From the NCBI GenBank assembly GCA_028277645.1, contig JANQFV010000015.1:51298-115297 (forward strand): 64,000 bases of DNA, written 5' to 3'. Each line of letters starts with the position of its first letter. Within the stretch, counting starts at the first letter, position 1. Made by a program: the position numbers and the translations under genes. The DNA comes from Phycisphaerae bacterium. Lineage in GTDB: Bacteria; Planctomycetota; Phycisphaerae; UBA1845; Fen-1342. Positions 17,323 to 27,531 of the stretch are shown in pieces. The notes below the pieces were generated by a model. That model made no database searches. It was not told where the DNA came from and was given only the letters and a program-made list of their open reading frames with translations.

Positions 17323-19602
17323 ATGACAGAGGCGCCGGCCGTGCGTGATAAGAAGACCTCGCCCGAAGTCGTGCTCTCCTACCTGGAGACGCTGCCAACG
17401 CTGCCGGCAGTCGCACTGCGCGTGCTGGCAGTTACTGCCGAACGCGATTCGGGGGCCCGTGATGTCGTCGAGCTGGTTCGCAACGACCAATCGCTGACGG
17501 CGAAGCTACTGTCTGTTGCCAACTCAGCCGCGAGCGGCGTCAGCCAGCCGGTGCAGACGCTGGAGCAGGCGATTCCACTGATCGGCTTTGCTGCCGTTCG
17601 CAGCACCGTGCTGGCGACGAGTGTGTTCGGTTGTTTCCCCGAGAGCGCGGAAGACGGTGACGGTGGAGCGTTTGACCGACGCGAGTTCTGGAAGCATGCG
17701 CTTGGCGTTGCCTGTGCGGCGAAGCGGCTCGCGCAGGTCCGCCGCGATCTGGACGTAGATGCGGAGGACGCTTTCGTCGCCGGGCTGTTGCACGACCTGG
17801 GCAAGGTGGCGTTCGATGCGGTCTTCCCGAAGGCGTACGATCGCGTGGCTACACACGCGAACCAGACGCGCGGTGACATTGCAGACAGCGAGCGCTCAAT
17901 TCTCGGCGCCGATCACAACATCGCCGGCCGCAGACTGGCTGAGCGCTGGCACCTGCCAACGATGCTGCAGGAGGTGATCTGGCTGCACCATCTGTCGACA
18001 GAGACGCTGCCGGCGTCAGTCTCATGCCCCGCGCTGATTCGCCTGGTGCAGTTGGCCGACACGATCGTCCGCGAGCAGCGGATCGGATACTCCGGCAATC
18101 ACGTGTTCTACGAGAGCTCTGCCGTGATCGCGGACCGACTGGGATTTGACTCTGACCAGATCACCGATGTGACGACCAGCCTGGCTCACGACGTCGCGAC
18201 GCAAGCCGCGCTGCTGGGCCTGGAAGGCGAAACCGCCGAAGCGCTCTACGTCAAAGCCATGACGCGCGCCAACTCGGAGCTGGGTCGTTTGAACGCGGAG
18301 CTCCTGACGCGTAATCGACGCCTGGCGGCAGGGGCACGTTACTTCCGGGCCATTGGCGATTTTGAACGCCAACTCACGGATTGGGCGGATCCGACAGCGG
18401 TTGTCGTCGCACTCTGCCAGGCCGCCGCCAGCGCGCTACAGCAGCCGCGCGTCGTCGTATTCGGCTTGCGTCAGAACAACGCTGCGATAGACCTGTGCTG
18501 GACGGGACCGTCCGAACAGGATCATGGCCACAGCACGCAGTCGGTGCCGAACGACCTCACGCTCTGGCTTGAGGAAACGCAGCAGCAGATGGACGCACTC
18601 GCGATGCCGGTGCCGCGCCCCATCCACACGTTACTCGATCCGATTCTCGGTCCCGCCGGACGCGGCATGGTCTGGCTGCTGCCGATTCTGCACGAACGTC
18701 GCCTGGCCGGCGGAATCGTCTATTCGTCAGATGCTGACGAGCGCAGCCGGCTGGCCGAGGAATCCGAAGAGCTACGGTCATTCCTGACGGGCCTGGGGCT
18801 GGCGCTGGGGCGGGCGAATGCGCAGACCGCGGCGCGGCGCCTGTCGGAGGATCTGGCCGATACGAATCGACGCCTCCAGCAAACGCAGAAGGAGCTGCTG
18901 CGGACGCGGACGCTATCCATGATCGCCGAGATGGCTGCTGGTGCGGCGCACGAGCTGAACGGTCCACTCACGGTGATCTCCGGTCGAGCGCAAATCCTCG
19001 AGGGTGCCATCAAGGACGCGGACGGCAGCCGCGCGCTACAGACGATCGTAGGCAAAGCCCATGAGTGTAGCAGAATCGTTACTGAGCTAATGGACTTCGC
19101 GCGTCCCCGCTCGCCGTCGCCGCAGCGTGTAGACCTGGCGGAACTGTTCGAGACGCTGCGTGCGGAGTGGCTTCAGGAAACCGGGCGCCCGGCGTCGACC
19201 ATCGCTGTCGATGTAGTGGCGAGTTCTGCACCTGAACACAGCGCCGATGGCGCGCTGTACGTACATGCCGATCCGGATCAGTTGCGTCTCGTCGTACGTG
19301 AGTTGCTCGCGAACGCCGTCGCTGCACTTGATTCGGACACCGGTGCTGTGAAGCTGCACGCCGTTCCTGCGGAGCAGGGTAGTTCGGTGCGGATCACGGT
19401 CAGCGACAACGGCTGTGGCATGGAGCCTGCCGTACGCGACCGCGCGTTCGATCCGTTCTTTTCGCACCGAGACGCCGGCCGCAGCCGCGGTCTGGGGCTG
19501 GCGCGAGTACACCGCGTAGTCGAGGCCCACAACGGCCGTATCTGGCTCGACAGCCGCGTTGGCGAGGGTACGGCGGCGCATGTCGTTCTGCCGCGCGGCT
19601 GA
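17323..19602 (+). CDS. HDOD-domain sensor histidine kinase
   Basis: N-terminal HDOD pattern (LETLPTLPAVALRVL...DQSLTAKLLSVANSA...LEQAIPLIGF, HDLGK). H-box AAGAAHELNGPLT. HATPase_c motifs (ELLANA, DNGCGM, GLGLA). ATG 17323 lies 1 nt after the regulator stop (TGAGATG). Confidence 0.85.
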   Translation: MTEAPAVRDKKTSPEVVLSYLETLPTLPAVALRVLAVTAERDSGARDVVELVRNDQSLTAKLLSVANSAASGVSQPVQTLEQAIPLIGFAAVRSTVLATSVFGCFPESAEDGDGGAFDRREFWKHALGVACAAKRLAQVRRDLDVDAEDAFVAGLLHDLGKVAFDAVFPKAYDRVATHANQTRGDIADSERSILGADHNIAGRRLAERWHLPTMLQEVIWLHHLSTETLPASVSCPALIRLVQLADTIVREQRIGYSGNHVFYESSAVIADRLGFDSDQITDVTTSLAHDVATQAALLGLEGETAEALYVKAMTRANSELGRLNAELLTRNRRLAAGARYFRAIGDFERQLTDWADPTAVVVALCQAAASALQQPRVVVFGLRQNNAAIDLCWTGPSEQDHGHSTQSVPNDLTLWLEETQQQMDALAMPVPRPIHTLLDPILGPAGRGMVWLLPILHERRLAGGIVYSSDADERSRLAEESEELRSFLTGLGLALGRANAQTAARRLSEDLADTNRRLQQTQKELLRTRTLSMIAEMAAGAAHELNGPLTVISGRAQILEGAIKDADGSRALQTIVGKAHECSRIVTELMDFARPRSPSPQRVDLAELFETLRAEWLQETGRPASTIAVDVVASSAPEHSADGALYVHADPDQLRLVVRELLANAVAALDSDTGAVKLHAVPAEQGSSVRITVSDNGCGMEPAVRDRAFDPFFSHRDAGRSRGLGLARVHRVVEAHNGRIWLDSRVGEGTAAHVVLPRG

Positions 19603-19644
19603 CCCGCGCTTTGCACGGCCCTGATCACCGACCAGAATGCACGT

Positions 19645-22600
19645 ATGCGACCTCGCAGACGACTTTGGCGGCGTCTGCTGCTGTGTATCGGTGCGCTCGC
19701 TCTGATTCTGGCAGCCATCTACGCGTATCTGACGAACCCGTCTCGGCTGCGCGCGCGTGTGCTCGCCGCACTGCATACGCTCGATCTTGGGGAAGTGGAT
19801 GTCACCGCAGTCACGTTCTCGCCGCTGCACGGCCTGCAACTCTTCGGCGTTACCGTTGACGCACCGGCTGACGATGCTGGCGAGCGCGCGGCAGAGCCGG
19901 CCGTGCGGGTCGGTCGGGCGGCAGTATCACTCGATTGGTGGAAATTGCTCGCCGGACAGATCCGCCCGACAGCAATCGCGCTGGGGCAGGTCTCCGTCGC
20001 GATTCATGGCCAATTCTCCGGCGCCGCCGAGAGCTGGCAATTGGCGCGTGGCGAGCGCGAGGACCCGTTGCTCGCGCACCTGACGACCTGGCTTGAGGAG
20101 GGGCTGCCCCCCGTGCGCATTGCGCCGTTTGAGATTCGTATTCACTCGGGCAGCGACGACGGCTGGGAACTGGCACACCACTTGCGGTTCTCATTCCGTG
20201 GCACCCCGACACGGTCGGGCTACGAGGCGACCGTTCATCGCGGGCGGGCCGACGGACAGCCATTCGTTACGCTCACCTGGGAGCGCACCGCTGGCCAGCT
20301 CGCGGCACAGTTCGGCTGGACCGGCGTAGACAAGCTGGAGTTGCTGGCACCGGAGGCGCTGTCGAATTCACTGGGGCGCGTCGGATTGAGCGGCAGGGTT
20401 CAAGTTAAACGGCTGCTCTACGACTTGCCGCGCGACACGACGGATCCAGCGCTTCCTACGACGATCGCTGAACTGACGCAGCGTCTCTCTGCGTTGAAGA
20501 TCGAGTTTGCCGGCCTGTCCGGTGATCTGCCGATTGAGGACGCGCCTGCCAACGCCGGTGCCGATCATTACTTTCGCTTCAACGATGTGGCGGCGACGGT
20601 GACGTACCAAAGAGAGGCTCCCGACGCCCCTGGCCGGCTGCGCTGGCGCGGACACGGCACGATCAACGATGCGACGCTGGCCGCGACGGCCACGATGTCC
20701 GCCGCCGCGCTGGATCACGTCCGCCGCCGACTCACTGGCAGTTCGGCCGAGACGGATGCCGCCGGCGCCTTTCTGCCGGACATCCTCTACGGCGAGCTTG
20801 CTATCGTCGGGCTGGAGTTGCCGACGACAGAAACCGGTGCAGCGTTGCTCGAATCCCCGCGGATTCCGCACGCGATTCAGGCGGCGTTCGAGGATTACAG
20901 TCCGCGCGGCCGCATTGACCTGACCGCACGCGTGTTGCCGGCCACGCCGACGTGTTCGCCGGATGATCCCGATCGCGTGGAGGTGGCGCTTACGGCCCGT
21001 GGCAATCGCTGTCGCTACGTGCACTTCCCTTATGACTTCGATGACGTGCAGGGCCACGTGCGCGTGGCTGGCGGTCGCGTGTTGCTGGAAGGGCTGCGTG
21101 CCCGGCACGGAGTTGTGTCCGTCACCGCCAACGGGCAGCTCAACAACAGCTTTCAATGGACCGGGTTCGAGGTCGAGTTTGATGCGCACGTCGTGCCGCT
21201 CGATCAGGAGCTCTACGCCGCCCTGCCGACCGAATACCAAGCGCTGTGGCGTGAGGCCAGGCCGCTCGGGCTGTGCGACGTCCGCACGACCGTTCGTCGC
21301 GTCGAGGGCTCCGCTGAAACCGGTCCGGCCGAGCCTGATATCCACGTCAGCGCTGAACTGATCACCGGCAGTTTGAATCTCACTGACGGGCAGCGCATCA
21401 GCCACGCCGACGGAAAATTCACGATCCACAATGGCGTAATCGACATCGCCGATCTGCACGGCTACACGGACGAGCAGAGCACGCGCGTCGCCGGGACCGT
21501 CGCGCTGACCGACTCAGGTTACGACAGCGACTTACACGTCGAGTTGACGGGCTTGCCGGTGAGCCATGTGGCGCCGCTCGGTTACGGCGGCGACGCGGCC
21601 GGCACCGTCACGTTTGAGGGCACCGCCGACGTCTGGGCTCGCGTACACGGGGCGAGCACAGACCCGGGGCTCAGCCAGCATGCAGTGGCCGAGATCAAGT
21701 CCGGCGAGCTGTGGGGGCTTCAGCCGGACGCTCGCTGGGACGACGTCAGCGGTACCCTCATTATCCACGACGATGATCACACGATCGAGGAGTTGTCGTG
21801 CCGGCAGGGTGATGCGATGCTTGAGGTGGCGGGTCGTATGCCGTCCGGTGCAGTGGACGCCGAGCCGCTCGAGCTGGTGGTTGAGGCGGGGGCGCCGGTG
21901 CTGGCGGACGTGTTGCCGCAGTTTGTACCGGCTGACTGGCACGCGCTGACCGAGTCGCTCGGGTTGGACGGCCCCGGCCGAGTGCGCGTTGCGCTGGAGG
22001 CCGCTCCTGGCGAGTCGCCGGTGGCGCTTATTCACTTGCGGGCCGACGCGATGCGGTCTGACCCGTTGCCGTTGCAACTGCACGAGGTCGTCGCGGAGTT
22101 GGTTGTTTCCGAGGATCGCTTCACGCTGCGGTCCTCATCTGCCCGCTACGGGGCAGAGGCTCAGCTCTCGGCGCAGGCCGAGGGCACGTGGGGCGATGAA
22201 GCGCTCGATGCGGAGATCGCGCTTACTGCCCGGGATATGGCACTCGAACAGGACGTGCTCGAGGCGTTGCCCGCTCCGCTTGCGGACCTGCTGACGGAGC
22301 TGTCGGCGACGGGGCGGTTCGACGCGGACCTACCGCGCGTCCGCCTGCGCGGGGCCGAGCAGCGCACGTGGAATTTCGACGGACAGATCGCGTTGCGCGA
22401 CGCGTCGCTCAAGCTGGGGCTCGACGTCACGGACCTCGACGGCGAACTGATCGGTACGTACAAGCTGGACGCTGACGGGCATGCGACGGTCGACGCGCGG
22501 TTCGAGATTGCGCAGGCCGTTGTCGCGGGTCGACAGGTGCGCGACTTGACGGGCGCGTTGCGCTGGCACCCGGGCGACCCGTTCGTGCGGCTGACCGATT

Positions 22601-23226
22601 TGCAGGGCCAGCTCTGCGGCGGCGAGGTGGTTGCGGACGTGACCGTCGATCCGGACACGCGCGGGTACGAGGTGACGCTGTCGCTGCAGAACACGAGCGT
22701 ACACGAGATGTTTCCGCCGACCGACGAGGACGCTCCGCCGCGGCGTGGCCGGCTCGATGGACGCCTGTTTCTGTCGGGTGTCGGAACTGGCATCGCGACA
22801 CGGCGCGGTAACGGCGATCTGCGGATTCGCGGCGGGTCGTTTCTGGGCACGCCGGTGTTGGCGTCGGTGGCCGAGGCGGAAGAGTCGGGCGGCGTGGCGA
22901 TCAGCGACGAGCTGGACCAGCTCGACGTGAAGTTCCTGTGGGAGGGCTCGACGCTGCGGCTGTTGCGGATCGAGATCCAGAGTGCCGACCTGCGGATGAT
23001 CGGCGACGGCAGTTGGGACATCGACGCCGACACGATCGCCTTGCGGTTGGTCGGTGCGCACCCGCGCGGCGGTGCGCGCGTTCCGCTGTTGACCGACCTG
23101 TTCGAGTCGGCAGGCCAGGAGCTGGTGCAGTACAAGGTGGAGGGTCCGCTGTCGCAGCCGAAGGTAACGGCCCGGCCGCTGTACAAGTTGGATGATACGA
23201 TTCGGGCGCTGTTGGGGGCAGAGTGA
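19645..23226 (+). CDS. large membrane-anchored protein, AsmA/TamB-like (tentative)
   Basis: 1193 aa. N-terminal basic stretch plus TM helix (RRLLLCIGALALILAAIYAYL), then a long beta-rich region. The family assignment rests only on architecture and N-terminal resemblance. Confidence 0.5.
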   Translation: MRPRRRLWRRLLLCIGALALILAAIYAYLTNPSRLRARVLAALHTLDLGEVDVTAVTFSPLHGLQLFGVTVDAPADDAGERAAEPAVRVGRAAVSLDWWKLLAGQIRPTAIALGQVSVAIHGQFSGAAESWQLARGEREDPLLAHLTTWLEEGLPPVRIAPFEIRIHSGSDDGWELAHHLRFSFRGTPTRSGYEATVHRGRADGQPFVTLTWERTAGQLAAQFGWTGVDKLELLAPEALSNSLGRVGLSGRVQVKRLLYDLPRDTTDPALPTTIAELTQRLSALKIEFAGLSGDLPIEDAPANAGADHYFRFNDVAATVTYQREAPDAPGRLRWRGHGTINDATLAATATMSAAALDHVRRRLTGSSAETDAAGAFLPDILYGELAIVGLELPTTETGAALLESPRIPHAIQAAFEDYSPRGRIDLTARVLPATPTCSPDDPDRVEVALTARGNRCRYVHFPYDFDDVQGHVRVAGGRVLLEGLRARHGVVSVTANGQLNNSFQWTGFEVEFDAHVVPLDQELYAALPTEYQALWREARPLGLCDVRTTVRRVEGSAETGPAEPDIHVSAELITGSLNLTDGQRISHADGKFTIHNGVIDIADLHGYTDEQSTRVAGTVALTDSGYDSDLHVELTGLPVSHVAPLGYGGDAAGTVTFEGTADVWARVHGASTDPGLSQHAVAEIKSGELWGLQPDARWDDVSGTLIIHDDDHTIEELSCRQGDAMLEVAGRMPSGAVDAEPLELVVEAGAPVLADVLPQFVPADWHALTESLGLDGPGRVRVALEAAPGESPVALIHLRADAMRSDPLPLQLHEVVAELVVSEDRFTLRSSSARYGAEAQLSAQAEGTWGDEALDAEIALTARDMALEQDVLEALPAPLADLLTELSATGRFDADLPRVRLRGAEQRTWNFDGQIALRDASLKLGLDVTDLDGELIGTYKLDADGHATVDARFEIAQAVVAGRQVRDLTGALRWHPGDPFVRLTDLQGQLCGGEVVADVTVDPDTRGYEVTLSLQNTSVHEMFPPTDEDAPPRRGRLDGRLFLSGVGTGIATRRGNGDLRIRGGSFLGTPVLASVAEAEESGGVAISDELDQLDVKFLWEGSTLRLLRIEIQSADLRMIGDGSWDIDADTIALRLVGAHPRGGARVPLLTDLFESAGQELVQYKVEGPLSQPKVTARPLYKLDDTIRALLGAE

Positions 23227-23361
23227 CAAGGTGGGAAGGTGGGAAAGTGGGTACGCGGGGCCATAGTCCGAGCCCGAAGCGCGAGCGAGGGAATCGGGAA
23301 CGGGAGACGGTGACAACGGTCGGGGCGTGGAACGCCCGGTGTGCTTTGCCTGCCACGTTCT

Positions 23362-24477
23362 TCAGAACGGTGTGTTGAAGTGCTGTTGCAGTAGCGCCAG
23401 GTCTTGCAGGATCAACCCGCCGTCGCAGCACATGTCCTCCGGCAACAGAAGGAAAGACTCAGCATCCGACCAAGTCAGAGCACGATCACCATCCGTGTCG
23501 CCCGGCATCGGTATGGCTTGCGGTACGTACGTGGGGGCGTTCGCGGACAGCTCCTGCCAGCAGGAATCAAACGCGACCACAGCGTCTCGGAACCCGAAGC
23601 CGTGGACGTTGAACTCTGCCAATGGATCGCTCAGGTAGACGTCACCGATCTCGCCGCCGTACATGTGCGCGATGTTGGACAACTCCAGAGTCGCCGTGTA
23701 GCCGCTGTGCCACGTTAGCGAACCCCCCGTGCCGGTTACATGCACATCGCGTATGAACGTCACCCATCCGTTGTTCTCAAAGACCGCGCCATCCACGACC
23801 AGGTTGCTGCCGTGTACCAGGGTGGCGCCGCCCTTGCCGTTATTGGCGTAGTAACCGCCGACCAGTTCGATGGTGTGGTTCGAAGCATGTGCGGTGACGC
23901 CGTCACCCGCCGGGGCGCCGGAGCCCAACCGATCGTTGTCCATTGCAATGCAATCGAGGAGCGTCACGTGCGCGATCCCCGGCGTCGGTCCGACGTTGTG
24001 CAGATTGAAGCCATCATCGACGTTCTCGTTTGCTGTGCAATTCGAGAAGGTCAGGTGCAGGTCGTTCCCGCCGCAGAGCATCGTCACGCCGTTGTCGGCG
24101 GCAGAGAGGTCGAAGCGGCAGTTGGTGATGGAGCCCTGCAGTTCACGCGCCGCCGAGCTGAACAGCATGTTCGGCGCGCCGGAAGTGAATGAGATGGTGT
24201 ATTCGGAACCGCCGAGTGCGAAGGAGTTGCTGTACACGCCGACGTAGTGTCCCGCGAGATCGATCGTGACGTCCTGGCCAGCGACGATGCTGCAATCGTG
24301 AACGATGACGACCGTGCTCGTCGCCACGAACGAATCACCCAGGATGATCACGGGCTCCTTGTGCGCAACGGCGTACGCGAACTCGGCGTGGTTGTGCACT
24401 ACCACGTCCGCGCGTGAGCCGGTAGTACTCACCGCGAGGCAGACGAGCACGCACAAGATGGCTTTGCTGCGCAGCAT
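23362..24477 (-). CDS. secreted right-handed beta-helix protein with dockerin-like C-terminus
   Basis: Signal peptide MLRSKAILCVLVCLAVSTTGSRA (start moved to ATG 24477). Repeated NN/GG turn motifs are typical of parallel beta-helix proteins. C-terminal GDTDGD...DLALLQQHF is a dockerin/EF-hand-like segment. Confidence 0.65.
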   Translation of the reverse strand: MLRSKAILCVLVCLAVSTTGSRADVVVHNHAEFAYAVAHKEPVIILGDSFVATSTVVIVHDCSIVAGQDVTIDLAGHYVGVYSNSFALGGSEYTISFTSGAPNMLFSSAARELQGSITNCRFDLSAADNGVTMLCGGNDLHLTFSNCTANENVDDGFNLHNVGPTPGIAHVTLLDCIAMDNDRLGSGAPAGDGVTAHASNHTIELVGGYYANNGKGGATLVHGSNLVVDGAVFENNGWVTFIRDVHVTGTGGSLTWHSGYTATLELSNIAHMYGGEIGDVYLSDPLAEFNVHGFGFRDAVVAFDSCWQELSANAPTYVPQAIPMPGDTDGDRALTWSDAESFLLLPEDMCCDGGLILQDLALLQQHFNTPF

Positions 24478-24614
24478 CTCTCCCGACCCTGGCTTAGATA
24501 CGAAGCGCACCGATCTGCCGGCGTCATGCCCTCGACGGCGCGCCAACACGATCCATCGTACTGAATCCCCGTCCTGCTCGGAAATACGAACAGGTAGCGT
24601 GAATATCGCGGGAT

Positions 24615-24944
24615 TTAAGGCTCGGTTGATGCCCTCCAGGGCTGATAATCATGCTCAGGCCATGGACGCCGTAGCCGGGTAGGCCACGCTCCATCGAGAC
24701 GGTGGCCGGGGGCGGTGACGGGCTCGTCGCTGTTGATTCGTTCGGCGACGGCGAGATTGAGGTCGAGGAGTTGCTGCAAGAGGTCAGCGTCAGGGTCGAA
24801 GCAATAGGCATCGAGCACGGCGGCGGTTTCTTCGTGCCTGCCAGCAATCATTCCGATATACTCAACTTCCGCAGGTAGTGGGAGTCCGTTCCGAACTCGG
24901 CCGGCGTGGTTGGTTGCAGTGGTATAGGGAATCGCTCCGCCCAT
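24615..24944 (-). CDS. hypothetical protein (weak call)
   Basis: 109-aa ORF in an otherwise unassigned gap. No recognisable motif and no clear RBS. May be a gene fragment. Confidence 0.25.
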   Translation of the reverse strand: MGGAIPYTTATNHAGRVRNGLPLPAEVEYIGMIAGRHEETAAVLDAYCFDPDADLLQQLLDLNLAVAERINSDEPVTAPGHRLDGAWPTRLRRPWPEHDYQPWRASTEP

Positions 24945-25039
24945 CTCCGTGGAAATGGAGAGAGAATGCGGGATTCGTTGTGGCGCCCATCGGACGGTTC
25001 ACACGGCACCTTTCAACGTCTTGATCTCGGAGCTACGCG

Positions 25040-25921
25040 ATGAAGAAACTGATCACCGTGGCGTGCACCGCCGCATGCTGCAGCATGCACGCCGCTGCGG
25101 ATACAGCGCGCTTGTATTGGACCGATACGCTGCTCGGAACGATCCATCGAGCCGAACTGGATGGCACGGGCATCGAATTGCTCGCGAGCGGTCTGGCGGA
25201 TCCTGAGGATATCGTAATCGACGCCGTTGGCGGCAAGATGTACTGGTCCGACGTGACTGCGAACAAGATTCAGCGAGCCAATTTGGACGGTACTGGGATG
25301 GAGGACTTCCTGGTGGGCCTGGCGGATCCCATCGGCATGGCAATCGATCCTGCGACGCGCCAGCTTTATTGGGTCGACGGGGATGTACGAAGCGTCCGGC
25401 GGACGAGTTTGGACGGCTCACCGGTCGATACTCTCTTCGCTGCTGGCGATCCGCACGATCTCGCTATCAACACTGCAAATGGCTACCTCTATTGGACCGA
25501 CACCGCGGCCGGTACGATCAGTCGGTATCCGCTGGAAGGTGGTGGGATCGAAACTCTGGTCACGGGTCTCTCCGCCCCTGAAATGCTCACATTCGACTAC
25601 GTGAACGCCAGGATGTACTGGACCGACGATGGCGCTCGCGACGTGATCGAGCGGTCAGAGTTCGACGGTTCCGGAATTGAACTCGTTAGCACAGTCGGTG
25701 GATTCCCCCTGGGTATTGCCGTCGAGCCGACACGACGTGAAGTGTATTGGGCAGATCCTACGAGTGACTCAATTCGAGTGCTCTCGTTGGACACGCTCTT
25801 GTCGCGGCCACTCATTGAGAGTCCACCAAACCCGGTGTTCCTCACAATCGGGTCCGTCCCGGAGCCCTCGACGCTACTGATTCTCACCGTCGCGCTAGGC
25901 GCCATTCGGCGGGGACGATAG
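25040..25921 (+). CDS. six-bladed YWTD (LDL-receptor class B) beta-propeller protein with PEP-CTERM anchor
   Basis: Signal peptide. Six regularly spaced YW(T/S/V/A)D repeats: LYWTD, MYWSD, LYWVD, LYWTD, MYWTD, VYWAD. C-terminal VPEPSTLLILTVALGAIRRGR is PEP + TM + basic tail. Confidence 0.85.
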   Translation: MKKLITVACTAACCSMHAAADTARLYWTDTLLGTIHRAELDGTGIELLASGLADPEDIVIDAVGGKMYWSDVTANKIQRANLDGTGMEDFLVGLADPIGMAIDPATRQLYWVDGDVRSVRRTSLDGSPVDTLFAAGDPHDLAINTANGYLYWTDTAAGTISRYPLEGGGIETLVTGLSAPEMLTFDYVNARMYWTDDGARDVIERSEFDGSGIELVSTVGGFPLGIAVEPTRREVYWADPTSDSIRVLSLDTLLSRPLIESPPNPVFLTIGSVPEPSTLLILTVALGAIRRGR

Positions 25922-26034
25922 TCTGCGTCCCCCTCGCTCGCGTTACGGGCTCTGAAAGGTCGTACTACACTGGTGGTTGGATGCAGTCGTCGGCGATCAG
26001 TGGGTCCGGGGCGCCGTAGGTTGGCGGGACGCAG

Positions 26035-26985
26035 CTATCGGCTGCGCGGCCGGCTGCGCCAGTGTCCTTGGACGTACGTCCCGTCTTTTCGGTAGTACCC
26101 GCGAACATACACCCTGTCGCCTGACGAGGGCGTGGGGGTAGATGCACTCGGCCGTCGCGCTCTCCGAAGATCTTCACGCGTCCAACCAGACTCGGTTCCC
26201 TTGGCCGAAGCAGACGCGATGCGTCTTGCGGCTGGCTTTTTTGCGGCCGGTTTCGACGGCTCGTCGCGCGCGACAGTAATCGCCTTGAGTTCGTTCTCGG
26301 ATGCGCGTGCCTTCTCAAGGCGACGCTCGTAGTACACTGATACCCACCAACCGCCGTAGGCATCTTTGGCCGTCGTCGGCGTGATCTCGATGGTCATCCC
26401 GCCGCGCTCGACTTTGTCTTGGTCTATCCGCGCAGCCTTTAGGATTGCGGCGTCAGTTGCATCGGGTAGCAGTGACGAAATAAACTCGACACAGCGCCTT
26501 TTCGCCGCCGCGTCCGTCGTCAGGGCGCCATACACACCAATCTCTACGCCAGCTGGTGTATCGGGATCACCATAGACATTGACTTCGTAATCACCGCCGT
26601 GCCCACAACGGTAGGACATGTAAGGCACGTCGCGCATCACGCCGGTGTTGATGACAGTTGCAGGAATCTGCGACAGACCTGCTGCCCAGGGCAACTTCGC
26701 GAGATTCTGGACCATGACAGACCACCGCGGAAGCCGCGCATCGCTTCTCATTGCGGCTACAGGCTCTGACCCAGTGGTGGATTCCTCCAGGACAGTTCTC
26801 TCGATCTCCGCAATATCGGCACGGTCCATCTTTGTCGTGCCATACTGCATTGCGATCGTTACGAAGTCGTCCGATTCCTGAATCACTGTGCCGTAAATCG
26901 TGCCCCCATTCTTGAGATGAAGCACATCCGCTACCGTGGTGGCAGTCAGCAAGCACGCCAGAGACACAGATGCGATGAGTTTCAT
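26035..26985 (-). CDS. secreted protein, function unknown
   Basis: Start moved to ATG 26985 (MKLIASVSLACLLTATTVA signal peptide), preceded by GAGGAGAGA. The basic C-terminal motif GDRVYVRGYYRKDGTYVQGHWRSRP recurs in diverse bacterial secreted proteins. Confidence 0.6.
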   Translation of the reverse strand: MKLIASVSLACLLTATTVADVLHLKNGGTIYGTVIQESDDFVTIAMQYGTTKMDRADIAEIERTVLEESTTGSEPVAAMRSDARLPRWSVMVQNLAKLPWAAGLSQIPATVINTGVMRDVPYMSYRCGHGGDYEVNVYGDPDTPAGVEIGVYGALTTDAAAKRRCVEFISSLLPDATDAAILKAARIDQDKVERGGMTIEITPTTAKDAYGGWWVSVYYERRLEKARASENELKAITVARDEPSKPAAKKPAARRIASASAKGTESGWTREDLRRARRPSASTPTPSSGDRVYVRGYYRKDGTYVQGHWRSRPRSR

Positions 26986-27122
26986 GGTTTCTCTCCTCGG
27001 ACTGTTAAGTTGGCTGGCGCGATATGAACAATACCTGCACGCGTAGCGTACCCTCGTTGGTCTAGTCGGGGCAAGTGGACATTGCTGGACGTCTGGACTG
27101 GTGGTACGACGCCGAAGAAGCT

Positions 27123-27428
27123 CTAACTCCAGTCGTGCCAACTCGAAGCTCCGCGGGCTTGCCGTGGCGAGATGGATCGTGGTCGGCAATCTGTGCAATG
27201 CGCGGCGTAAGGTCGGCCGAAGGCACGCGCGGGTGTTACTGCGAGCAACCGGTGCAACAGGGGGACGCGGAATTCGGGTTTGCCGCCGACGTCGAGGCAG
27301 CCCTTGTGGCCGAGCGCCCGGAAGAGGCGATCGAGGAAGATCTGTGATTCGCCCTTCTCGTCGCCGGTGATGTTGGCGGCGCACCAGTCGGCGAAGGACT
27401 GCAGGGATGGGCCCCGTTCGTCGGACAT
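27123..27428 (-). pseudogene. remnant of the 5' end of an MmeI/YeeA-like type IIL restriction-modification (DNA methyltransferase) gene
   Basis: The first ~55 codons (MSDERGPSLQSFADWCAANITGDEKGESQIFLDRLFRALGHKGCLDVGGKPEFRV) resemble the conserved N-terminus of that family. The rest of the ORF is Arg/Pro-rich and not family-like. It stops after ~100 codons, whereas full-length proteins are ~900-1000 aa. Confidence 0.4.
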
Positions 27429-27531
27429 GGGGGCATTGTGGCGGGTTTGGGGGTTGTGGGCCAGCAAGCGGGGGTGGATTCGAGGATGGTAGGATTCGCG
27501 GGGGAGACCGACGGAGGACGAAGCGCGGATT

